DNA from: Euprymna scolopes
Lineage: Eukaryota
Strand: one strand, 5' to 3'
NCBI GenBank assembly: GCA_053919585.1
Contig: CM132793.1
Length of the DNA stretch: 64,000 nt
In this document: piece after piece, positions 53,480 to 64,000 of the stretch
How positions within the stretch are numbered: the first letter of the stretch is position 1
How the letters are laid out: each line of letters starts with the position of its first letter
Program-made: the position numbers and the translations under genes
Notes under the pieces: model-generated
What the model was told of the DNA's origin: nothing
The model's input: the letters and a program-made list of their open reading frames with translations, nothing else
Databases searched by the model: none

Positions 53480-54615
53480 CTCCCATTTCATTATCATTCA
53501 TTTTACTAATCCTCATAATAATCACCCTATAATTCTTATACTAATATCAAAGGTCTCAGGACAAATTGTCGCGATGTCTAATCTTTTCTCTTTTGCAAAT
53601 ATCCTCATATGCTTGCTCTTTGTGCGTCTAATCTATCGATATCAACGATATCGATTATAGGCGGATAGTTATTTTCCTTTCTTACGTATTTACATGGCCT
53701 TGATCTTTATCTTCACAAGGATCTCCCCATTTCACGTGACCCCAGTCTAGAATCTCATGGGTGTGCTTTTACCTGCTTTAGATTGCCTTTGTTACATTCT
53801 GTTTCCTATTTAGACTGTATAAACTTGATTACATAATTATCACTTCAAAGATGGTTGCTCGGATTCTTTCTTATCTTGACCAATATAAATTCTTTGGTCC
53901 TGATTCAATTCCCGTCGTCGTCCTCAAACGCTGTGCTCCTAAACTTTTTTCTATCCTCTTAAAATTATTCATTTGCTGTTTAGCAAAATCATATTTCTCT
54001 TCTTCCTGGAAAAAGTCCCCTTTGTTTCTATACTTAAAAATGCTTAGGATCGGTTTAGCGCAACTAAGTATCACCATGTTAGTCTTCTCTCTCGTATTAG
54101 CAAATTTTTGAAAGGTTGGTAAACGGAAAGCTTGTTGGTTTTCTTGAAAATCTGGACCGTTTCAGTGATGTCCAGTATGGCTTACGTGGTTTTCGTTTAA
54201 CTGTTGATCATTTAACTGTTGTAACTGGGCGGATCATTCAGTTTATGGATAATTCAGAAATGCAGAATCGTTGCACTTGACATTTTGAATGCGTTTGACA
54301 AAATGTGGCATTCCGATCTTCTACAAAAACTTCAGGGTGATGGTATTGATGGTGACGCTTTTAATATCATTAGGTCTTTTCTTTTTGATGGAAGATTGCG
54401 AAGAACTCTGTGTGGTGTTTCTTTATTCTTTTTTCCTATCAATGCTAGTGTTCCCCAAGGTAGATAGAAAAAGAAAATGAACAGACACCATCCAGAGTTA
54501 TTCGCAATCTTCAAGTAATCGTTTTTCTCTATATTAATGATTTTCCAGAGAATATTATTCAGAAAATTAATATCTACGCTGATGATACCACTCTATTCTG
54601 GTATTGTTTCGTAGT
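53480..54615 (+). mobile_element. Old decayed CR1/L2-group LINE ORF2 (different subfamily)
   Basis: GPDSIPVVVLKRCAP, QYGLRG, LDILNAFDKMWH, INASVPQG and NIYADDTTL (~54570). Confidence 0.85.
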
Positions 54616-54657
54616 GCAGCAGACAGCCATAACAATCGTTCAATTTGTGATAAAAGC

Positions 54658-54662
<5 letters not shown>

Positions 54663-54733
<71 letters not shown>
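54663..54733. repeat. (TA)n microsatellite
   Basis: Visible directly in the sequence. Confidence 0.95.
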
Positions 54734-54740
<7 letters not shown>

Positions 54741-55677
54741 TTGGATGTGGAGGCATCATGAATTTTCAGTATGGCTCCCATGGTAGCCCTTTTTTTCAAA
54801 ATGGCTACCAGCAATGGCCATTTTCTTATAAGTGACAGATATAACATGATATTTTAGACCTAATTACCATACATAACACTTGGTAAATATCTATACGATA
54901 ATGGAAACTTGTCATTTAATATTCAAGATGGCCGTCATTTTACAATATGGCAGCCGTCACTTGTACGACTTTCTGATTTGAATGATCTCGGTGTCAAAAT
55001 AATAATTGTTTATGATGCAGAATTCACATTTGAACATTTGAACTTTGAAATTAGCTAGAAGCATTCATCTAACGCAAAACTAAATATTACCCGCCTTCTT
55101 TCAAATGGTCCGCAATAAAATGTATAATTGTATGGAAATAAAGCTTTTTTTTATTCGAATTAAGAAATTGAACAATAAACTAAAAAATCCCATATCTGCA
55201 AGAATTGTACCATGCAATGCATGGAAATGTAATAGAGTAGATATTAAAACACAGCCAGACCACGCTGACGAATCCACTGCTGTGAAACTCAGCAGTGGAT
55301 TCAGTGCCAGCAAAATACACTCCTCTTAGCAATGCCCTATGTTCTGTAATGTGCTGGTTGTGGTGATAGTTTAGTGGTAGTGTAGTTTGGTTTCCTAAAT
55401 GCTATCTAATTTTATCTAATTTTAGTCCCACTTCGACTTAATAGTTCATCTATTTAGATGTAGTTAGATAGTCACACCTGAATGATTAGGATGTGCCAGC
55501 GCATAGAGATCACACAGGAATTAAATGGCACTGAATAACCAATCAGCCTAGGTGTAGGGAAATTTTCTTGACTGAGCCTAGTTCTATCATATACACTAAC
55601 GTGTTGTCCCTGTAGTAAACGGTGGTAAAAGGATAACCTGTTGGCCTACTGCAATCATAATATTTTTTGTTGAGAAA

Positions 55678-58600
55678 ATGTCAAAGAAATTCCAACGTGA
55701 TTTTTCATGGTCAAGGACAATCAACTTCTAGCACAGCAAAGACTGACTGGAAGCTCTGTGTTATTTTCCAAGAACATACAACAGAGGCATAGAGATGTCC
55801 CTTGCAGAATATACGAACAGACAAAGGGAGTGGATATACTTCTCTTGCAGAACATCTACTCCACTTAAATGAGCTTGGCCAGCTCCTTTCAACATTTTCT
55901 ACTGACAGACTGGATGCGGATCATGGTATTGGAGCTGCAATGGTTGCAAAAAAATCTCAATATCATCAGACATGCAGGCTGAAGTACAATGAAACGATGT
56001 GGAAAAGAACAAAAAAGCATGGATGCAGTGAAAGTCCTGATCAACAGTTAGGATTCAAACTCAGAAGGTCCTAGTCAAGCCAGACTCCTGAAATGAAACA
56101 CGATGTCTTTCTCTTCTGCAGACAGCCTGCTGGCAATAAAAACCTTCAATTAGACAATCAGGTGCCTGCTGCTGCAGAGCTACTTCAAGACACAGAATTA
56201 ATTGAGCGACTTAGTGCTGGGGACATGGTGGCACTTGAAGCTAAGTATCGCTCCAGATGACTTGAATGTCTTTATAATCGTACCAGAAAGGTTAAACTTG
56301 AAAATCTTGAAAGTAATGCCAAAGGGTAAGCAGCTTCAACCTTTGGTGTTGTGTTTGCTGAGTTGGTGATTTAATCGAGGAGACCAGATATGATTGCTTG
56401 GCACCAGTTTTTAAACTAGTGGAACTTTCACACCTCTACAAGTCACGAATGCAACAACTAGGAGTAGAGATTGATAGCAGAGTCAACTCTACACTGCTGA
56501 AAGAGAGACTACTTGCCGAGTTCCCGGATATGAGAGCTTACACCAAGGAAAGAGATAACCTGATGGCCTTTGAAGATGATATCGGCACTGCTCTTGCCAA
56601 AGCCTTTGAGCATGATAACAATGAATATGCTATGCACATTGCACGTGCTGCACAAATAGTATGCTGTCACATACTTGGTGAGGCCAAACCATTTAATGGT
56701 TTTCCTGAACGCTGCCAAGAGGACTCTTTGTCACAATGTTGCTTACCCTAGTGAACATGATACTAGAGGGACTGAGCATTAAAGATCAGATGGAAGAGGC
56801 AACATCTATTGCAGCACTTACGACTGCTCAATTGATTAAATTCAACAGTATTAAGTACAAGCGGGCACCAGAAACAGCTGCTTTTGTCAGACACAGTACT
56901 GCACAGGAGACACCAGTTCCATTTTATGTTGGACTGATGCTGCATGCCCACATATATATAAAAGGGAACTTGTTGATAAAATGGCACATCCTGTCTTGAG
57001 TGTATTCTATGATCGTGTTTTTCAGCTTTCAACTCAGCTGGGGAACAAAGTCTGCCAGCAGTTTCATAGAAAACTAGTGGTGTGCTTTCCACACTTGTGC
57101 AGTCATGTGTTTATCACTGTTGCTATTGACAATATTGATCATAATCCCAGTTCCACAAGGATTTTTTTCCATAACACAGTAATCTCTTTGATCCAGCATC
57201 CATCTTTTGTTAGTGAACGGACTGACCGTAGCCTCCTTGAACTCGTTGGGCCTGAGAGAGGATGTTCTAAAACCATTGACCGCTTGCCAGCATACTACAC
57301 CGAGGTGCTCCCTGTAACAATCAATATCAAGGTCACACAGAAACCAGGCTATAATCACTCAGTCGAGATGGCATTAGCTAACATGCAAAGGTATAATACC
57401 AGTGGTTTGACAATGCAAGTGAGGACTGCATATTGAGATGGCGACATTGAAGATGTTGTGGAACTGGTTCGAAGAAAGCGGTTGGATTGAAGTACAAGTG
57501 CAAGCTGACATCTCATCTTCAGGTAAAGCTGAATCCTTCCTCAAAGCAGCCCATGTAACTCGCACCAGGAGAGCCAATCAAATTACAGCAACAGCTTTGT
57601 ATACTCTGCAGCACCGAGCTTATGACAACTATTGTCAAATGCAAACAAGTGCCTCTTGCATTTTAATTTTGGTGCATCCGAAGAGCAGAAAACATCCCAC
57701 AATTTCAATACTGGTCTATTGTTCTTCTCGTGCTTGTATTTATCCGGTCACTGGAAGAGGCATCTTTTTCCATGTACTTTGATGCACTAACAGAACTAGT
57801 CAAGTAGTTTCACGTAATGGATCATACCTATTATGCAAGATGGCTTCCAGTTCACTTGAGAGACATGGCTGAACTACCAAGGACAAACCTGAACGTAGCT
57901 CAAGCGTTCATGGAAGGCAAGTTCACTGTCCAGAAAACCAATAATGTGTTTTCCTCCATGGCAATTAATCAGGCTCATGAGTAGATGAATGCTTGCATCA
58001 AAGGAGATGGTGTTGCAGTGTGCCTCCCTGACAACCCATCTGCACTATTGTGATGGATGGTAACAGAGCCAGAAGTAGCCAGATGCATTCAAGAATTTAA
58101 GATCAGTTCCAAAAAATCAGATAACACACGTCACCATGATCCCATTCATTAAAGATGTACAGTCTTTAGTCAGTGCAATGGAACATTTTGGAAATCCATT
58201 TAAAGAGGAAAGCAAGAACCTGGTTGTTTTCCACTCAAAGGAAATTGTTGAACCTTTAGCCTATGAATAGGGCTATGACAACAGAATATTCTTTTCATTG
58301 TTTCGACTCTCGAGTATATACCCGACACAGTTAGACACAGTTAATCAACCGAGAACCACATCACTCTATATAAAAGCATTTAAGATATCAACAGATACAC
58401 ATTCGAGAGTCCAAATAATGAAGAGAATATGCTGTTGTCTTATCCCTACTCATGAGATAATCAGACAGGAGGGAAACAATTTGGAACATTAAGGAACGCT
58501 TTCTTGAGAGAACAAAACCAGTAGACGACACCATACCAAGAAATAAGCTGCTGGTGTGTGGTGCTTACACCAGGAACAGAGTGTCAAAACCGAAAGAAAA

Positions 58601-58990
58601 ATTGGTTTCTCTCAAACAAGATATTACACCCTTTTCAAGAGTATTTATTGCTTGCCAGACAAGGAATGGAAACTTAGATTAATTCTTTCAACATGAGAAC
58701 CAACCATATCCACCAGCTTTGTCTGATGGGGGAGGTCTCTGACTGGGACAGAGGAGTGATCTGCTTCTATGCCTGGAACAAGTTCACAGTGCATACTCGG
58801 AAAGTCCAAAGGTTACCTGTACGATTGTAGATGGGGCAGCCATCATCCAGATGCTGAGACCAAATTCAGTAAAAACACCTGATGACTATGTCCATATGAC
58901 CTTCATTCCATATCAGAAAATTTGAAGGTGCGTCCAGGCTTGATCTGGTGTTGGACCGCTACTTGTCTGATTCTCTTAAAGCTGCTACAA
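55678..58990 (+). pseudogene. Academ-type transposase / XPG(PIN)-like nuclease pseudogene
   Basis: TDWKLCVI, GSGYTSLAE, YHQTCRLKYN, AIDNIDHNPSST, SGW..AESFLKAAHVTRTRRA, DHTYYARWLPVHLRDM, FSSMAINQAHE, FFQHENQPYPPALS, IVDGAAIIQML and DLVLDRY..SLK. Many stops and frameshifts. Confidence 0.8.
58261..58456. mobile_element. Fold-back/MITE-like insertion within the Academ ORF
   Basis: ~65-bp inverted arms: ctatgaatagggctatgacaacagaatattcttttcattgtttcgactctcga versus reverse complement ctcatgagtagggataagacaacagcatattctcttcattatttggactctcga. Confidence 0.75.
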
Positions 58991-60248
58991 TATTATTAAC
59001 GCTTAATTAATGTAAAAAAATGTATACCATCCTATTTTGTGTTCTAATGCATCGTCTCTATATAGAGACCTCCTCTTATATTCCATTCTCTTCTGGCTAA
59101 CTCATTTAGAATGTAGAGACTTACCAAGTCAGTAACCTGTGCAGAGTCCAGGATCCATTAATATCAAAGTTAATTCTCTGTTTTTTTTTGTTTTTGTTTT
59201 TTGTTTTATTTTTCTAGTCCAGTGTTTATTAGCATATTTCTTCTGGCTCATTTTACTATGTCAATTTCTAGTTTTGTAATATTAGTTTCATCTTTCACAA
59301 GAATGCTTTATCTAACAATTTAGGAGAAATTGATGGGTAATACAAATCGATGTCGAATATGATAAATTTACTATATATAAACAAAAGAATTAAATTCCAT
59401 TTAAAATTATTTATTCTTTTTATTCTAGGTTCACAAACTATATTTACTTCAATAAACTGGTAAAAATTTGGTGTTTTCTCTCTCTTCCCCCATTTATGCT
59501 GATGAGGGGACGATATCCAGAAATATTTTACTTGTTTCTCAATTGTTTTATTTGTAAATATCGAATGAATAAAAGGATGTCATCTCCGAAACGATCGTAC
59601 ATATAAATATGGTTTTGTTTAGTTTCCTCCAATGAAGACTTTATTGATAATTTCACAATTATTAATCTCTCACCATTTCTACATATATATATATATGTGT
59701 GGGGGGGGTGTATGTGTGTGTGTGTGTGTGTGATCGTCTAGTGTTGTGATTGTATATGAGTGTCTATACGTGTGCTCGTCTAGCACCGTTGTGTCCTTTA
59801 ATCTATCTAAAGTTTGTTGGGGATGTATATACATTCAAATACAGTTTATGATGGGACAATATGAGACAGTTATTTTACAAAAGACGGAAATATTTGTCTG
59901 GTTCAACATCAGACGAAGGGATGCATACCTTCTTTAATAGTTGCAACTTATTTAACGCGTTGTTCTGCAATTTAAGACACTTTTCCTCTGAAGAGACTCA
60001 TAACGACCAACTTATATTTTACTAACAAGGAGATCAGACGTTGCCAGGGATTGAAGGATGATTAACAAACGTCTCACACTCTTATATTTTTATTGTCATC
60101 GAAATTGGTGAAATCGCCCATTTTTCAATCAAATCAATTGATTGCCTGCTCTAGTTGGGGACACATTACGGTGCACCGGGAGGAAGCTTCACATGTCTCC
60201 CCGCAGTGAATAAGTTCACAATACATTGTAGTCTACATTGCACTGTAG

Positions 60249-60580
60249 AGAACCTACTGCTGATTTTATAAAATTATTTTATATATAACAGCTTGAATTT
60301 AAGTGTAAAATGCAAAAATCAAGTATCATGTTTCAATTTTGCTCTAAACAGAAACATTTATTTCAGACGCGCCCCTGTCATATCAAAGAACCTATTGCAG
60401 ATTTTATATGCCTGACCTTACTGATTGTGGGGGGATAATGGTTTGAATTTAAATTTTAAATGCAAAAGTCAAGTATCATGCTTCAGTTGTGCTTTAAACA
60501 GAAATATTCATTTCGAATGCACCCCTGTCATATCAAAGAAGCTACTGTTGATTTTATATGCCGGGTCTTTCTGCTTGTGT
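60249..60580. repeat. 150-bp tandem repeat, ~2.2 copies
   Basis: cccctgtcatatcaaagaa recurs at 60372 and 60522, and the flanks are also collinear. Confidence 0.85.
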
Positions 60581-60849
60581 AGTTATAAAACTTCTCAAAT
60601 GCATTTGTGATGTCAGGCTGTGTAAGGTGTTAACTGTTCCTTCTTTCATCGGATTATTTCGACTATCGATTATCGATACTTATTAAAGACATTCCAATGC
60701 AAAACCTATCTAAAAGCACTGCTAGATACATCAAGTACATATGTGTAAAATTTCATGAAAATCAGTTCAGCCGTTACAGAGTCTATAGAGAAGTCTGTCT
60801 GTCTGTCTCTTTCTCTCTCTGTCTCTCACTCACCCACATACAATGGTCC

Positions 60850-61125
60850 TGGATATGGCCTTAAACTATATCCGATGGTGAGGCCCCAGCTTGCAGGCCT
60901 TAGGGAGTGTGGAGCCACCCTTTAATTGCTATTGCTCCCAGGTCCACTCTGACCCGGAGTGGTAGTATCTGTTAGAGTCCCAACTATGGGTTAAATAGAA
61001 TACAACTTAAAAAACAAATACACTATATTAAAAAAAATCGTTCTTCAAAATCACCAGATTCGGCATTAAATAACCTGAAAAGGGTTGATATGCCGTAAAA
61101 CAAAACAACCAACCAACCACCCACA
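60850..61125 (+). mobile_element. SINE-like interspersed repeat with an (AACC)n tail
   Basis: GC-richer body (ccaggtccactctgacccggagtggtag) and tail gttgatatgccgtaaaacaaaacaaccaaccaacc. Resembles abundant octopod repeats, from recall only. Confidence 0.6.
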
Positions 61126-61570
61126 TACAAACAGACACACACACACACACAGTTCCTTACATATAATAGTAGAGATATATTACTTTTATTTCGATGGTTA
61201 CAAATTCTTCTGCCTCTCAGATCGCACACCTCTATTTCTTTTGTTATAACATCTTCTCTAATTCCCCAGCTGGACGCTTCCCGACTGACAAAGCCAAAAT
61301 CCTCTCGGGGACGGTTTCCAACTCTTTGTCTTTAACTAACAGATTCTGACTAAACTGCCTAGTCTATCTCGTGAATATATCTAACATCCTATCTTTTATT
61401 ACTTTAATTCTCTGACGTCAGATCAAGGTGAGTCATTATTGTCCTGGTCCTCCAATTGTTTTGATAACTAAATTCCAAAATTTCCTATCAACACTGTTTA
61501 TGAACTAAAATCCATACGTATTTATTGATAAATATTTAACTGTAAATATGTTCCTCGATACATTTTTCTT

Positions 61571-61584
61571 GTTGCTATGGAAAC
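61571..61584. promoter_or_regulatory. RFX X-box-like motif
   Basis: GTTGCTATGGAAAC. Confidence 0.35.
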
Positions 61585-61639
61585 ATGCTTGATCAATACT
61601 TTCTTTTCTGTTACTGAAATATTTTCTACTTAATAAACA

Positions 61640-62680
61640 TTTTTTTTTACATGAAGTTCACCACTTATCAAGGCCCAATGGCCACTCAGGGATAAGGGTT
61701 ATTGTGTGTACAGTAATCAAAGAGATAGTGTAGCAATAGTATTGGAGAATTGGTAAGGTGTCATTACTTGGGGGGGGGCTGTTCATCAGGAATTTGTTTG
61801 TGTTGGACTTGAAGACATCCAGGTTGAAGTCGGGAGGGAAACAGGCAAGCGGAACAGGGTTCCACAGGCGTGCAGTTCTAAGAAAGAAGCTTTGTTCATG
61901 GTATCTACATTTTGATTTAGGCACAGATAGGGAGTGGGGAAAATTATTGACGGTGGTTTCAGCTAGTCGAGTGTTTTTTGGAGAAAGATTGGCGAGGGGG
62001 GGCAGAGAATGGAGCTCAGACGAGCACCTGCCATGGAAATAACGATAGAACAATGACAGGCTCGCTACGTCTCTTCTGTGGTAAAGAGGTTGCAAGGTAG
62101 AGAAAGGGGCATCCCCCACTAAGCCACAGAGTCTATTTTGTACTCCGTCAAGGCAGGATAGGCAGCAGCCCCCGCCTAGATGTGGCAGCAGTACTCCATC
62201 TTTGGACGTACTTGGCTCTTATATAGATAGAGAATTGCATCATTAGTGAGATATCTTCTGGAGCAGTAGAAGGATCCCACCATTTTCCCAGCTACCTTGG
62301 CCACAGACTTGATGTATGTGTTCCATTTAAGATCAGGTGTAAAGGTCAAACCCAGGAGCTTATCAAATCCTCGGGTCTCCCTTAGACGAGAGCCATCCAT
62401 TTCAATTGATGCCAGATGGGGACCAGAGCGTTTATGATGTAGAGATAGGAGCTTGGTCTTAGATGCATTAAAGGTAACCAGACACCTCTTTCCCCACTGT
62501 ACCACGCGCTCAAGATCAGAGGAGAGAGAATCAGAGAGAACATCATTATTTACGGCCTTTGATGTGTTGCCATAGATGGTCGTGTCATCAGCAGAGATGT
62601 CAACGAAAGATTTTAGTATGTGTTTTGGGAGAACATTGATGTAGATCAGGAAGAGAGTTGGACCCAGTATGGACCCCTCG
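61640..62680 (-). mobile_element. 5'-truncated CR1/L2-group LINE 3' end, same subfamily as 1-2154
   Basis: GSILGPTLFLIYIN, ISADDT, LVTFNASKTK, LYKSQVRPKMEYCCHI, LQPLYHRRDVASLSLFYRYFHG and RTARLWN, then a 3' UTR ending in an A-tail. 62290-62675 is closely similar to 5-390. Confidence 0.92.
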
Positions 62681-62724
62681 CAACCACTTTCGCTTCAATA
62701 AGGTAATTCAGCAGTGAGTTTTTT

Positions 62725-63605
62725 AGTTGGGAGTCACCATTTATCAAAGCCTGAAGGCCACTCAAGGATGAGGGTTAATGAATGTAAGGTGTTAGTTTAG
62801 TAATCACTAATGACGTAAATTGGGTAAAATTTGATTATTATAGGGACTTAATTACTTAATAGGAATTTGTTTACTTGTTGACGTGAAAACTCCTATGTTG
62901 TAGTCAACTGGGAAGCAGTCCAGTGGAACAGTGTTCCAAAGGCAGACAGTTCTGAGAAAGAAGCTTTGTTTATGGAATCTGCATTTAGATTTAGGCACAG
63001 ATAGAGAGTCGTGAAAATCATATATAGTGGTTGTTGTTAGTCGAGTGTTTTTCCACAAGGGAGGACCATACCTTGGAGTTCAGTCGATCACTTGCTATGA
63101 AAATAGAGATAGAGTAGAGACAGGCTCGCAACGTCTTTTCTGTGGACAAGAGGCTGCAGGGAAGAGAAAATGGCATCATCCATTAAGTTTTGAAGCCAGT
63201 TTTGAACTCTATTAATGTAGGATAGGCCACGCTGAGTAGCTCCTGCCCAGATGTGACAATAGTAATCCATTTTAGGGCATATCTATCTCTTATACAGATA
63301 CATGATTGCACCGCATTAAGCGGTAGAATGATCCAACCATCGCTCCAACGATCTTGGCAGCAGATTTGATATACATGTTCCGTTTCAGATTAGAAGTGAA
63401 GATCAGTTCTAGAAGCTTATCAAGACATGGGGCCAGTCATTTCAGTTGAGACGTGATGGGGATCAGAGCGATTATGCTGAAAAAAGAGAAGCTTGGTTTC
63501 GGTGCATTAATATTAACCAGCCACCCTTTCCCCCCATTGCACCACATTCTCCAGATTAGAAAAGAGGGAATCAGAAAGATCTTGGTCATTGATGGACTTT
63601 AAAGT
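62725..63605 (-). mobile_element. Older 5'-truncated LINE 3' end of the same family
   Basis: WLVNINAPKP, PKMDYYCHIWAGA, LQPLVHRKDVASLSL and SFFLRTVCLWN. 3' UTR (gagtggccttcaggctttgataaatggtgac) is similar to that at 61655-61700. Confidence 0.85.
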
Positions 63606-63634
63606 GTCACCTGTATTTCTGGAATACCAATATT

Positions 63635-63960
63635 CAACATTTTTCTATAAATACTATTATGGCATGTGTGTGTGTTTTTTCCAGAATTGTCTGATCTATT
63701 CCCTGCTTCTTTTGTTCCGGCTCGTTTGACTCATTGGTCTAGTGAACTCCATCAATTTGATGTCTTGTTACATTATTGTAATACAGTTTCCTATTCCACA
63801 AGTCTCTTTCTAAAACTTCAGGTTCCCTTCCTGCTGGCAGTTTTCCCCCTACTTTTTTAACTTGACCTTTTTACGACTAAGGTCAATAGGAATCTTCTGT
63901 CTTTGTAATAATCATCCTCCGTTCTTTTCAGCTCCTTACATTAAGTGGCTACACGTTTTG
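63635..63960 (+). mobile_element. Decayed LINE 3' end
   Basis: FYKYYYGMC..ELSDLFP..RLTHWSSELHQF..CNTVSYSTSLF resembles the ORF2 C-terminus. Confidence 0.6.
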
Positions 63961-64000
63961 TCCGGAGAGATTTCCACGAAAAAGGCTATTCAAATAAATG

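Larger units (their letters stand above)
54732..58990 (+). mobile_element. Academ-like (AcademX type) DNA transposon, decayed and 3'-truncated
   Basis: Subterminal region with repeated caa(a/g)atggc motifs, followed by a long degraded transposase ORF (next feature). Family assignment is from motif recall. Confidence 0.65.

Noticed and set aside
55265-55306. Hammerhead at CTGACGA + hairpin
   Set aside because: No GAAA after the stem.
53480-63960. The two plus-strand LINE pieces as one element split by nested insertions
   Set aside because: Order and strand fit, but there is no TSD or clear junction evidence.

Overview
This is AT-rich eukaryotic genomic DNA with several N tracts. It is probably molluscan or cephalopod, inferred only from the repeat families. 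I found no intact host protein-coding gene; almost everything recognisable is repetitive. The dominant feature is a ~17.4 kb array of a 15-bp unit, GACCTC(A/G)AAACAGCC with AAA/AGA variation (23320-40756, ~1160 copies). It sits inside a decayed Tc1-type transposase gene and is a tandem amplification of five codons of that transposase (D-L-K-T-A). Transposase motifs run up to the array and resume in the same register directly after it. The window also holds about eight fragments of CR1/L2-group APE-RT LINEs and a decayed Academ-like DNA transposon (54.7-59 kb) with a nested fold-back element. There is a tRNA-headed SINE-like family with a Penelope-type minimal hammerhead and inverted duplications, a Meta-type SINE, a probable solo LTR, MITEs and mini/microsatellites. 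Several RFX X-box, ETS and YY1 motifs lie in CpG-richer unique patches. The long repetitive ORFs in the track are by-products of the satellite.
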